Origin: Octopus vulgaris
Taxonomy: Eukaryota
DNA length: 64,000 nt
NCBI GenBank assembly: GCA_951406725.2
Contig: OX597827.1
Span: 42,222,001-42,286,000 of the forward strand
Reading direction: 5' to 3'
In this document: in pieces, positions 1-17,449 of the stretch
Layout of the letters: every line of letters begins with the position of its first letter
Position numbering within the stretch: the stretch's first letter is position 1
Translations under genes and position numbers: made by a program
Notes under the pieces: model-generated
The model's input: the letters and a program-made list of their open reading frames with translations, nothing else
Database searches by the model: none
Told to the model about the DNA's origin: nothing

Positions 1-244
1 ACACCTTAACCACTCGATCCATAAAATAAGCAAAATATAAATGAGATTTTTCGAAATAATTAAAAAATAACATGAAATTGTTTTAAAATGGTGGCGAAAC
101 GAACGAATTTATCTGATAACACAATATAACAAATTTTTGATAAAGTTCGTTCTGAAACGTTCTTACTCTTCCCGACATTCTTATCTAACGTTGTCTTGTC
201 TAATGCTGTAAACACTTTTTTCTTTTCGCATTTTCTTTTCTTTC

Positions 245-632
245 ATTCTGTTATTTGTTTCAGTCATTTGACAGCGGCCATGCTGGAGCACCGCCTTTAA
301 GTCGGACAAATCGACCCCAGAATTTATTGTTTGTTAGTCTGGTACTTATCCTAGTCTCCTTTGCCGAACCGCTGTTACCGGGGCGTAAACATACCAACAT
401 CGGTTGTCAAGCGACGGCGGTGGGGTTGGGGGGACAAACACCGATACACAAACACAAACACACACATACGACGGGCTTCTTTCAGCTTCCGTCTACCAAA
501 GCCACTCAGATGGCTTTGGTCGGCTCCAGGCTATAGTAGAAGACACTTGACCAAGGTGCCACACAGTGGGACTGAACCCGGAATTATGTGCTTGATAAGC
601 AAACTACTTACCACACAGCCACGCTTGCGCCT
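245..632 (-). mobile_element. tRNA-derived SINE, family A (full length)
   Basis: Minus strand has an A box (TGGCTGTGTGG), a B box-like GGTTCAGTCCC, an internal (TG)n tract and a 3' end CCAGCATGGCCGC..TGACTGAAAC shared with more than 10 other copies in the window. Confidence 0.85.
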
Positions 633-854
633 GTGTGAATTTTTTCCCTCTGTGTAGTTAGTTTCCAGAGTATATTTTACTGCGAACGAATTTATCTGAC
701 ATATATGCATATAAAACGTCCATAGACCATCGATGAGGAGTTTGCAAACCCAGTAACCAAGGGTCTTTTTCAGCTTGATACCTATTGTTATTAGAACAGC
801 AGAATTCTGGGCTTGCTTCGAAGAATTTTCTACTTATACTGTTATTATGATACG

Positions 855-1252
855 GAGTATTGTCTTCACACAGCTTCTAACGCTGGTGATGTACTACGGT
901 GCAAGCTGTTCTCTACCACTGAAATAAGGTAACACCCCTTATTTTTCGAGCACCATCTGGAGTATTCGAGCGGTTCCAAGCAGTACTGTTTTCTGCAATT
1001 GCTCCATCCGTATTGCAGCTCCTATTTGTTCCACGTACTTCTCAAGATTTTTACTCACTGTTCCCAGGGCTCCGACAATTATTGGTACTACTACCACCTT
1101 TTTCATCGACCACAACTGCTTAACTTCCCAAGCTAACCTGTCATATCTATCGACTTTTCTTTCTTCCTTATCACATACTTTGTTGTCAGCTGGGCATGCT
1201 ATATCTATGATCCAGCATCGTTTGCCTTTTTTCTCAATTAACACTATCTTAT
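855..1252 (-). mobile_element. 5'-truncated R4/Dong-like non-LTR retrotransposon: C-terminal restriction-like endonuclease (RLE) plus 3' UTR
   Basis: Translation ..IVLIEKKGKRCWIIDIACP..KVDRYDRL..VVPIIVGALG..LQKTVLLGTARIL matches the RLE C-terminus of the 30199-31758 ORF; the 5' break abuts a (TGA)/(TAA)n tract. Confidence 0.85.
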
Positions 1253-1266
1253 CATCATCATCATCA

Positions 1267-1327
<61 letters not shown>

Positions 1328-1382
1328 CATAATTATTATAATTCTTCTTCTTATTATTATTGTTGTTGTTGTTATTATTATC

Positions 1383-1434
<52 letters not shown>
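1251..1434. repeat. Compound (TCA)n/(TTA)n microsatellite
   Basis: Directly visible. Confidence 0.95.
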
Positions 1435-1435
<1 letters not shown>

Positions 1436-1990
1436 GGCGGCACGCTACTATAATTATGAGCACGCTGAGTAAATTGTGTATCGGAATTTCGTGACGATGA
1501 TGTCGACTAATCTCTTCTCCTAAAATTAATGGCCTTGTGCCAAAATTTGAAACCACAATTATCATCATCATCATCATCATCATCATCATTATTATTACAG
1601 TTTAGCGTCATAAATATAAATTATCAGATTAGCTTAGGTCGATTAGCTTGCACTTTATTCTTATTTTGGCAAAAGGTCATCAATTTTAATAGGTGACGCT
1701 ACTCAATTATATCGACTCCAGTACTCGACTAGTATTTATTTCATCGACCCCGAAGTGATGAAAGACAAAGTCGACCTCGGGTGGTTTTGAACTTAGAACG
1801 TAAACACAGAAGAAATGACATTGAGATTCTGTCCATCGTGTTAATATCATTGTGTAAGCTGACAACCTAAAAATAACCAATAATGACGATAGGAGAAAGA
1901 AAGAAAGATACAAACAAACAAATAAATAAATAAATAAGGTGGTGCTCCAGTATGGCCGCAGTCAAATGACTGCAACGAATAAATTAAAAA

Positions 1991-2532
<542 letters not shown>

Positions 2533-2789
2533 GTAATTGGAGGAAAGATAAAGTAGAAAAGGAAGTACAGAGTGAAAAGGAGAGAGAGAAAGAAAGTGAG
2601 GGTGAGAGTGTGGGTGTGAGTGGGGGTGTGAGTGGAGGAGATGGAATGGATATGAGTACCAGAAATTTATGTGTAACAGTAGATTGACAGCGGTGAATGA
2701 TGGCATAACGGATGATAGTTCAGAGCAAGAAAGCGATGAGCAACGGCAGCAACGGAAGCTGGGTCAGTAGAAGCAACAGCAGCAAGAAG

Positions 2790-3812
2790 TAACAACACCA
2801 CCAACACCATAACCACCACCACAGCCACCACCACCACCACCGCCACCACCACCGCCACGACCGCCACCAGCACCACCGCCACCAGCACCACCGCCACCAC
2901 CACTACCACCACCACTACCACCACCACCACCACCACCACCACCACCTACACCACCACCACCACCACCGCCGCCACCACCTCCGCCACCGCCACCACTACC
3001 ACCACCACCACCACCACCACTACCACCACCGCCGCCACCACCACCACCGCCACCACCACTACCACCACCACCGCCACCAGCACCACCACCACCACTACCA
3101 GCACCAACACCACCACCACCACTACCACCACCACCACCACCACCAACAGCAACAACAACAACAGACGACAGCAAAAACCGGAGGAGCGACATCACCAACA
3201 CCGTAACCACCACCAACACCATCACCACCAACACCAACAACAACAACAACAGCAACAGCAGTAACAACGACAACAACAAACGATTGCAGCAACAGGAGCA
3301 ACAACAGCAATAGCAACACCATCAACAATAGTAACAACAGAGTAATTATATTGATGATGTTGGTGGTGGTGGTAGTTTTGGCGGTGGTGATGATGATGGT
3401 AGTGGTGGTGGGGGTGATCATGATGGTAGTGGCGGCGGCGGTGGTGGTGATGATGATAATGGTGGTAGTGGCGATGGTGATGATGATGATGGTGAGGTGA
3501 TCATGATGGTAGTGGCGGCGGTGGTGGTGATGATGATAATGGTGGTAGTGGCGATGGTGATGATGATGATGATGGTGAGGTTGTTGGTGGTCGTGGTTGT
3601 TGGTGATAATGATGATGATGATGATGACGATGATGATAGTGGTGGTGTTGTTAGTGATGGTGGTGGTTGTGGTGATGATGGGGGTGATGGTAGTGGTGGT
3701 TGTGGTGGTGGTGGTGGTGGTGATGACGATTGTGATGTTGTTGTTGTTGGTGGTGGTTTTGGTGATGATGGTGGTGGTGATGATGATGAGGATGATGACG
3801 GCGATGATGACA
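2790..3812. repeat. Compound trinucleotide low-complexity block: (CCA/CAA)n switching to (TGG/TGA)n near 3345, with a ~82 bp higher-order duplication at 3416-3581
   Basis: Directly visible. Confidence 0.9.
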
Positions 3813-3931
3813 GTTTCATATTTTGGCTTACGATCAGCAATTTCTTAGGGAGAGAGTAAGTCGATCACATCGACCTCCCCAATGCTCATCTGATATTTTA
3901 TTTCATCGATCTCGAAAGGATGAAAGGCAAG

Positions 3932-4211
3932 TCATTTCTCCATCTATAGCGTCTACCTCCCGACACACTTCTCTAGCAATCTCTTTCTCCTCCTACCCCT
4001 CTTCTCCTTCCTCCGCTTCCTTCTCCTTCGCCACCCCATTCCACAGACACCCTTCTGTCCTCTTATCCTACAATTGATTTCACCTGAAATCAGGTTTGGG
4101 TCACGGCAAGACGACAACGGCGTCGTCTTTCCAGGTTTCCGACAAATCAACTCATACTCTAACAATACTAGCAGCAGTAGCAGCAGTAGCAGCAGCAGCA
4201 GCAGCGGCAGC

Positions 4212-4274
<63 letters not shown>

Positions 4275-4586
4275 GGTGGTGGTAGTGGTGGTGATGGTGG
4301 TGATGCTTGCAGTAGTAGTAGAAGTGGTAGCAGTAGCAGCAGCAGCGGTGATAGTAGTAGCAGTACTAGCAGTAGTGGTGGCAGTTCTATTAGTAGTAAC
4401 AACAGCAATAACATTAATAGCAGCAGCAGCAATACTACGTAGTAGTAGTAGTAGTGGTGGTGGTGGTGGTGGTGGTAGCAGCAGCATCAGGACCACAAAT
4501 AGTTCTTCAGTTGTTTTTGCTCCAGTTCCGCTCTGATTTAAAAGACCTATTACCAAAAGCATTCCGCTCGCAATATCTCGACTGCT
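3932..4586 (-). repeat. Right arm of the inverted duplication (partner 1991-2532)
   Basis: TCATTTCTCCATCTAT at 3932 through GCAATATCTCGACTGCT at 4586 is the reverse complement of the left arm, including the internal (TAG/CAG)n tract. Confidence 0.9.
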
Positions 4587-5046
4587 ATGTATGAATGAAG
4601 AATTTAAAGAAATATCTTTTGCGTGATTCTGCTGGAAAAACATGAAATTCTGATGGAAGATTTTACCTCTTAAAAAAAACAAAACGTTTAGACCCATTTT
4701 AGACATGAAATTTGTATCATATAACCCCAGGAGCGGCATCGAGCAGTTTGGTATCAAAAGGGTTATTGTGTAAGACGTAATATAGAAACAGTAATTTTAA
4801 CTTCCGTAAAAGGAAACTTCAAACTACGTATGTTGAGTAATCATAAACCTTGTGAGCCCTGGCCCCCTGAATCTTATTTTACCATATACCTGGCACTCCA
4901 CCGGTGCTATGTTATAGAGCGGTGCCTCGGTATTGTGGATGATAAGCCATCCACCAGTAAACCGGTGTTACGGGCTCAAAGAGTTGATCACTCTCTAGTT
5001 TGGTTAAAGCTGTCAGAACTCTCGAAAGAAACAAAAATATACCTTC

Positions 5047-5665
5047 AGGCGTAGACGTGGCTGTGTGGTAAGCAGTTTGCACGCCGGGCGAAATGTTTAG
5101 GGGTATTTCGTCTGCCGTTACATTCTGAGTTCAAATTCCGCCGAGGTCGACTTTGTCTTTCATCCTTTCGGGGTCGATAAATTAAGTACTAGTTACGCAC
5201 TGGGGTCGATATAATCGACTTAATCCGTTTGTCTGTCCTTGATTGTCCCCTCTGTGTGTAGCCCCGTGTGGGCTGTAAAGAACTAAGAAGTTTGCTTCCC
5301 AACCAGATGGTTCCAGGTTCAGTCCCAGTGCTTGGCACCTTGGGCAAGTGTCTTCTGCTACAGCCTCAGGCAAATCAATACTTTGTGAGTGAATTTCGTC
5401 AAGAGAAACTGTAAGAAGCCTGTCGTATAAATACATGTGTGTGTGTGTCTTTTCGTATGTATTTGTCACCCCGCCACCGCTTGACAACCAGTTTTGGTGT
5501 GTTCCTGTACCCATAAGGTATCGGCTCGGTCAAAGAGGCCGCTAGAATAAGTACAAAGCTTAACGAAAGACAAATACTGCGTTTGATTCCTTCGACTAAA
5601 AATTCTTCTAGCGGGCTACAGTCTTCCAGCATGGCCACAGTCTAATGTCTGAAGCAAGTAAAAGA
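5047..5665 (+). mobile_element. SINE family A interrupted by a family B insertion
   Basis: A head 5047-5080 resumes at 5296 after the insert. Confidence 0.85.
5081..5283 (+). mobile_element. 5'-truncated SINE family B (Deu/Nin-like core) nested in family A
   Basis: Core GTCGACTTTG.CTTTCATCCTTTCGGGGTCGATAAATTAAGTAC; 12 bp TSD TAAG(C/A)AGTTTGC at 5069-5080 and 5284-5295. Confidence 0.85.
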
Positions 5666-6282
5666 TAACGGACAGGTCATATGTGGTAGACTTTTAATCA
5701 ATACGGAGTGAAACACCATTGTATTAAAGACACCTGATTCGTCATACAATTAACTTTACTATTAGAGATGTATAGAGAAACACAACAAGTATATACATGC
5801 ATAATATATCGAATTACCAACTCATAGACAGGAAATTAAAATTTGGTGTAAGAATTTTCTTTGTATTATTTTTCCAACTAAGACTCAATTCTCTGTAAAA
5901 TAAAAAGAACAACGACCAAAAAACAGGTAACAGAGCTTTGGAGATTGTTTTACCATTGTACCTGTTTATTCTTCATTAGAAATTCACATGAATATTTCAC
6001 CTGTCTTATCATTAGGACACCAGTAATTATTTTCGACTTTGTTTCGTGCTCTCTCCATCCCTCCCTCCCTCCCTCCCTCCCGCTCTCTCCCTTCTTCTCT
6101 GTCTCCCACCCACGCTCTCAATTTATATATATATATATCATTCTACATCTGTCTCACTTTCTCATTCTCCTTCTCTCTCACTCTCCCTCTCTCTTCCTTC
6201 TCTTTATTCCTATCTTGGTATCTCTTTTTGCTGTTCGTTACTCTCTCTCTCTCTCTCTCTCTCTCTCAGCTCTCTCAGTGTG

Positions 6283-6332
<50 letters not shown>

Positions 6333-6384
6333 TATATACACACACACATATATACACACAAACATGCACACACACACACACACA

Positions 6385-6551
6385 TATACGACGGGCTTCT
6401 TTCAGTTTCCTTCTACCATATCCACTAACAAGGCTTTCGTCGGCCCGAGGCTATAGTAGAAGACACTCGCCCAAGGTGTCAAGCAGTGGTACTGAACCCG
6501 GAACCATGTGGTTCGTAAGCAAGCTACTCACCACACAGCCACGTCTGCGCC
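6385..6551 (-). mobile_element. SINE family A, 5' half
   Basis: Matches the head of family A and ends in a (CA)/(TA) tract. Confidence 0.8.
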
Positions 6552-6657
6552 ATGCAAATGTTTTCCTAATTAAATCGCCGTTAATTTATTCTGTTGCGAT
6601 TCAGCTTCAGAATCTTTACAACGAGCTTTTAATTAGTATAGAGGTGTAGATGGCAAC

Positions 6658-6895
6658 GGGCGAGCTGGCAGAAACGTTAGCACGCCGGGCGAAAGGCTTT
6701 GCAGTATTTCGTCTGTCGCTACGTTCTGAGTTCAAATTCCGCCGAGGTCGACTTTGCCTTTCATCCTTTCGGGGTCGATTAAATAAGTACCAGTTACGCA
6801 CTGGGGTCAATACAATCGACTTAATCTATCTGTCTGTCTGTCCTTGTTTGTTCTCTCTGTGTTTAGCCCCTTGTGGGTAGTAAAGAAATAGGTAT
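6658..6895 (+). mobile_element. SINE family B (near full length)
   Basis: GGCGAGCTGGCAGAAACGTTAGCAC..GAGTTCAAATTCC..TAAAGAAATAGGTAT. Confidence 0.85.
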
Positions 6896-6897
6896 TA

Positions 6898-7461
6898 TTG
6901 GGTTGTCCGGAAAGTTCGTGCTGATTTTTAAAGGAAAGAAAAAGGTCAATAAATACATGCCATTACATTTTTAATCAACCAAATATGAACCATTTTGTTG
7001 CACAACGCGTCTTCATCTTTCCATTAACTTGAAACTACCCTCTTCCCAGAATTGAGGGGGTTTCATGGCAAAGAATTCATCAAGGTATCGTTTCACGTTA
7101 TCCAGGAAATTGAAATTTTTACCATTAAGACTATTCTCCAAAAACCTGAATAAGTGGAAATCCGAAGGAGAAATATCTGGTGAATATGGAGGATGGGTTA
7201 ACACATCCCAGCCCGAGCTGCGGCAATTTTGGTCTGGTTCCCAAAGCATCAAGTGCCGAAAATGAACTTTCTTATCTTTCATTTTAAAGTGTTACAGAAT
7301 TAACACAGGTTATAGGAACATAAACCTTCTACGAAAAGATAGCTTAACCTGTGCTCTAAATGGAAGTGTAGTCAAATCCTATTTTATGGACACCACCATG
7401 TTCTAAAATAAGTCGAAATGTAAGCTACTATAAATTGGCACGAACTTTCCGGACAACCCAA
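6898..7461 (-). mobile_element. Internally deleted mariner element with intact TIRs and TA TSD
   Basis: TIR TTGGGTTGTCCGGAAAGTTCGTGC at 6898 and its inverse ending at 7461; TA on both sides; residual ORF 7013-7282 joins an N-terminal MKDKKVHFRHLML to the HPPYSPDISPSDFHLF motif. Confidence 0.93.
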
Positions 7462-7519
7462 TAGAATGGATCGATGTATCATAAGCAGTTAATGTTTGTT
7501 GTCAGATATTTTATTGTGC

Positions 7520-7975
7520 TTACTGTGAATATTGTGGTGGTTTTAAGGGAGTTCAGGAAGACATCACTTCGCAAAAAGGACAGAGCTCTTCCACTCGGGT
7601 CTGTGGCAAGTGCACTAGGACAAAGTACCAATCAATAATTCCATCTTGATAACCAGCTACTCGACAGAGATGGACATTAGCGCCGTCGATCATCCTCCCT
7701 ACTGTCCAGGCATTGCTCACTGTCACTTTTGGTTGTTTCACGAGCGATAAAACTTCAGGTGTGATCGTTTTGAAGACGTTGAGAAGATGAGGGAGGCTGT
7801 GACATCTTCACTTTGTAGGGCTTCCATGGGGCATTCTTCAAGTGACTGGAGCGCCACAACTTGTGAATTAAAGTTAGAGGATCCTACTGTGAAGGAGATT
7901 ACGATTGTGTACGTCTTTGGAATTAGTAAATGTCTCTCTTGAAAATGTCTCAAAACTTCTGGAATGCTCTTCCTA
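7520..7975 (+). mobile_element. Degenerate 3' part of a second mariner family
   Basis: Frame-broken translation ..DHPPYCPGIAHCHFWLF..RFEDVEKMREAVT..FHGAFFK*LERHN..VRGSYCEGD resembles the mariner YSPDLAPCDFWLF C-terminus. Confidence 0.7.
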
Positions 7976-8231
7976 CATGCTAGCATACATCTATTGGTTT
8001 AAATCAAATCATTGAATGGTATTTACATACACATATAAAATCACACAAAGCTACAAGCATACATACATACGTACGTATTTACATATACGATTTAAAGCAT
8101 AAATACATGCATGTATATATACGTACATACATACATATACACATATACATGTGTGTATATATATATGTATATGTGTGTGTATATGTATATATACAAACAT
8201 ACACACATATATATATATACTCATAAATACA

Positions 8232-8289
<58 letters not shown>

Positions 8290-8852
8290 TATATAAATAC
8301 AAACATTTTTGTACAAACATATATTTATTAGCTGATATAAATCACCGGAAGATTTACACAGAAATATATACACGCACACAGACACACGCACACACACACA
8401 AGTGTATATACATGCATACATAAATACTTACATTCATACAGTTCATTTCTACACACCTTCACTTACACAGATTCACTCAAATACACACATACTCTCATTC
8501 ATAGACATACTTACACACACTCACATACATATATATATATACACACGAAATGTTTAGCGTAATTTAATGTAATTATTTATGATTCGAAGTAATTTAATTA
8601 TTTTATTTATTTAACTGAATAAAATAAATAATTAGTCATAGCATGTCTGAAAAAATAAATGAATTTTATGGATACGAAACTATTCAATTATCAAGCGACT
8701 GGCAAGAATCACCGGAAAATATAGATTCGCTATTTTCCTGATTGTTTGAAATGTTTAACAAGCTGCTTCTGCTAAAACTGAATTTGGGAAATTTTATCGT
8801 CTGTTTTCGAGTTTCGACACGTACAGTGCCTATATAATTATATTTATAGTCA

Positions 8853-11410
8853 TGGCGGCAAGCTAGTGGTGTCGTTAGCGCGTCGGGTACATTATTTAGC
8901 AAATTTTTCTTCCGGTTTCTTATGCTTCGAGGTCGACTTTTCCTTTTATTCTTTTGGGGACGATGATATAAGTACCAGTTATGCATTGGGGTCGATGCAT
9001 TCGACTTAATGCCTTTGTCTGTCCTTCGTTGTCCCCTCTATGTTTAGCCCCCTTATCATTTTATCCTTTTTTGCCTCATATCCTTTTGGATATAAGTACC
9101 AGTTACGGACTGGGGTCGATGTATTCGACTTAATCCCTTTGTCTGTCCTTTGTCCCCTCTATGTTTAGCCCCCTTATCATTTTATCCTTTTTTGCTTTAT
9201 ATCCTTTTGGATATAAGTACCAGTTACACACTGAAGTCGATGTATTCGACTTAACCCCTTTGTCCTTGTTTGTCCCCTCTACGTTTAGCCCCCTGTGGGC
9301 AATAAAGAAATAATTATTTTATTTATAATTAAGGCGGCAAGCTAGTAGAGTCGTTAGTGTGTCGAGTATAATATTTCGCAACGTTTCTTCCGGTTTCTTA
9401 TGCTTCGAGGTCGAGTTTGCCTTTTATCCTTTTGGGGACGATGATATAAGTACTTGTTATGCACTGGGGTCGATATATTCGACTTAATCCATTTTTCTGT
9501 CCTTGTTTTTCCCCTCTATGTTTAGCCACCTGTAGGCAATAAAGAAATAATTATTTTATCATTGTATCCTTTTTTGCTTATATCCTTTTGGATATAAGTA
9601 CCAGTTACGCACTGGGGTCGATGTATTCGACTTAATCCTTTTGTCCTTGTTTGTCCCCTCTACGTTTAGCCCCCTGTGGGCAATAAAGAAATAATTATTT
9701 TATTTATAATTAAGGTGGCAAGCCAGTAGAGTCGTTAGTGTGTCGAGTATAATATTTCGCAACGTTTCTTCCGGCTTCTTATGCTCTGGGTTCGAATTCC
9801 GCCGAGGTCGACTTTACCTTTCGCCTTTTGGGGGATGATGAAATAATTACCAGTTATGCACTGGGGTCTATGTAATCGACTTAATCCTTTCACCCAAATT
9901 TGAGGCTTTGTGCTTTCAGTAGAAAGGATAATTTTATTTATAATTAAGGTGGCAATCTGGTCGAATCGTCAGCGCGTCGGATATAATAATTAGCAACGTT
10001 TCTTCCGGTTTCTCATGCTCTTAGTTCGAATTCCACCGAGGTCGACTTTGCTTTTTCATCCTTTTGGGGTCGATTAAATAAATACCAGTTGCTCACTGGG
10101 ATCAATGTAATCGACTAGCTCCTTCCCTCAAAGTTTCAGGCTTTGTGCATATTGTGGAAAGGGCTTATAATTAAGTCGGCAATCTGGTAGAATCTTTAGC
10201 GCGTCGGGTATAATATTCAGCAGCATTTCTTTCGGTTCCTTATGTTTTGGGTTCGAATTCCGCCGAGGTCGACTTTGTCTTTCATCATTTCGGAATCGAT
10301 GAAACGTGTACCAGTTACGCACTGAGGTTGATGTAATCGATCTACACCTTCCCATAAAATTACTAGCGAGTTGGGAGAATCGATTGTACGTCGTACAAAA
10401 TGCTGAGCGGCGACATTTTTTCGGGCTGAACTCTTCACGTTCTGAGTTCAAATTCCGCTATGATCGACTTTGCTTTCCAGCATTTAGTGGTCGTTAATGT
10501 AAGGACCAGTTGAGCACTGCACGGTTACTCTCAACACAGTTGACCTATCAAAATTAGCAGTAAAAAAGAAAAAAAACCCCATTTATTATTAGGACAGCGA
10601 GCTGATAGCGTCGTTAACACGTCCTACGCAATCTTTTTATTTCGGCTCTCTGCTTTCTGAGTTCAAATACCACTGAGGTTGATTTTGTCGTTCATCCTTT
10701 CGGGGTCGATAAAGTAAGCCCCTCTTCTCAAATTTGTTGGTCTTATGTTTAATTTCTTGCTGTTGTTTGTTCCATCTCGAGCCATGCCTGGCTCATAAGG
10801 GCCGGTTTCCCTGTTTCATTGGTGTATAGGTTCCCCACCTAGACGGGACGCCGGTCCGTCGCAGGTGAACTTCAAGATGCTGGAGGAATGAGTGAGAGAA
10901 AGTTGTCGCGAAAGAGTCAGCAGAAGTTCGCCATTACCTTCTGTCGGAACCGAATGGAGCTTAGGTGTTTCGCTCATAAACACACATGTCGCCCGGTCTG
11001 AGATTCGAATCCGCGATCCCTCGACCGCAAGTCCGCTGCTCTAACCACAAAGCCATGTGCCCCCACTATGCTTAATTTAGAAAGCATTATTTCTAAGATG
11101 GTGTGCTGGCAAAATCGTTAACGAATTGGGCAAAATACTTAGCAGCATATTTTCTGGCCCTCTACAGTGTGAGTTCAAATACTGCTCAGGTCCACCTTAT
11201 CTCTCATCCCTCAGGGGTCTATAAAATAAGTATCGGTCAAATACTGCGGTTGATATAATCGATTTCTCCCTCTCCTGGAAACTGTAATGAATCCCTTTAT
11301 TTATAAATAAGGCGGTGAACTGATAGAATCGTGAGTGCATCGGGCGAAAGGTTTAGGGGTATTTTTGTTCTGGCTCTTTACGCTCTGCGTTCAAAATCCG
11401 CTAATGATGA
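8853..11410 (+). repeat. Head-to-tail array of roughly a dozen SINE family B units and fragments with local tandem duplications
   Basis: Repeated AAGGCGGC/AAGGTGGC heads and AAGTACCAGTT..CTGGGGTCGATG..TCGACT cores; ~120 bp and ~380 bp periodicities at 8.95-9.8 kb. Confidence 0.85.
10760..11067 (-). mobile_element. tRNA-derived SINE, family C
   Basis: Minus-strand head GGCACATGGC..GTGGTTAGAGCAGCGG..TTCGAATC; homologous to 26730-27170 and 45617-45925. Confidence 0.85.
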
Positions 11411-11429
11411 CAAGCCTGACCTTTTTCTA

Positions 11430-11870
11430 GTAATAGCGGCTTTGTGGCATTTTTACATGCCATGCTATGTTGTTTTCTTCTGCTCTAATTCTGTGTTCGC
11501 ATCCAATCAGTCCTCTTTCCCCTCTTTTTCTTTGTACATACAGTCTATCTGTGTCACTTTCTGGGTGGAGTGATCCAGTTCGTCTACTGTCCATGCGATT
11601 ACTCCTGCTCCATAACAAAGGAGTGAAACCGCCCAGGTGTTGATAGCTTCGATCTTATTCCGTCTATTCAATTTCGACGTAAGGATCAGTCTGAGTCAGT
11701 GCAAGTACTCCACCTTAAATGTTTCTGTCATTTCTTTCTCCATCAATGTATCCATTTCCAGAATCCCTAAGTACTTATAGCCCGTCTCTTCAATCTACTT
11801 CATAACCTCCCCCGACGATATCGCTAACACACCCATACATTTGATTTTACCTCTCTTCAAGACTAACACA
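11430..11870 (-). pseudogene. Degenerate R4/Dong-like RT thumb fragment
   Basis: Translation YKYLGILE..KLNRRNKIEAINTWAVSLLCYGAG..HPESDTDRLYVQRKRGERGL with stops and a deletion; homologous to the 30199-31758 ORF. Confidence 0.85.
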
Positions 11871-11871
11871 G

Positions 11872-11942
11872 TCACTGTATGAAATCGAACTCGGAATCTT
11901 GGGGTTAGTAGCCCGCGCTCTTAACCACAATGCCATATGCCC
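11872..11942 (-). mobile_element. tRNA-like head (A and B boxes), not a functional tRNA
   Basis: Minus strand GGCATATGGCATTGTGGTTAAGAGCGCGGGCTACTAACCCCAAGATTCCGAGTTCGATTTC. Confidence 0.65.
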
Positions 11943-11952
11943 GTGGCACAAG

Positions 11953-11996
11953 ACACCTGATGAAGACTGGAGGGTATATCAGCCGAAACGTTGTGT
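11953..11996 (+). ncRNA. Minimal type I hammerhead ribozyme motif
   Basis: ACAC-CTGATGA-A-GACTG(loop)CAGCC-GAAA-CG-TT-GTGT: stem I ACAC/GTGT, canonical core boxes, palindromic AACGTT stem III. Confidence 0.7.
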
Positions 11997-12589
11997 TAAC
12001 AACAAACAAGATAAGGACAAATATCCGCCAAATGTAAATAACGTAAATAATGTGTCAAATTAAGTGTCTTGCCCAAGGCTACAATGCGTCGTTGCGAATC
12101 GAACTCACGACCTTACAATCGTGAACCGAATGCCCTAACCACTAAGCCACGTGCAATCATCTTGGATAGATATAGCTACATTCCTCATCTGCCATCTGAT
12201 GTCTGCTTTTTCAGCCTCATTCTCCCACTCTTCCCCTTCTCACTCTCTCTCTCTCTCTCTTCCATTCTTCCTCTCTGCGTCGTTCTCAACGTAAGTGTTT
12301 ACGTATTCCTCTCTATATGTCACTCTCTTCGAAGGACTCTTCCTTTCTGTCTTTCTATCACTCTCTAGTTTTTATGATTGACTTTTCCGCTCTATTATTT
12401 ATTTCTAAATGACTTTCTTGAAATCCATCTCAGTATTTCTATCTTCTTTCTCCTCCCCGTCTCTGTCTGCCCCTGTCTGACTGTCTGTTTGTCTATCTGT
12501 CTGTCTCTCTGTCTCTATCAATCATCTCCTTTATGTTGTATGTCTAGCTGTTGTATGTCTAGCTGTCAATCTATGGATGTATTCTATAT

Positions 12590-17419
<4,830 letters not shown>

Positions 17420-17449
17420 TAGCGTGTGATTATGAGTGTTTGTTTTCTA

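Noticed and set aside
100-699. 17 bp direct repeat CGAACGAATTTATCTGA at 100 and 683, with CTGATAA..GAAACGTT nearby
   Set aside because: Does not flank the SINE as a TSD, and hammerhead stems are absent
8853-10500. CRISPR-like periodic repeats
   Set aside because: Units are SINE fragments without unique spacers; eukaryotic context and no cas genes
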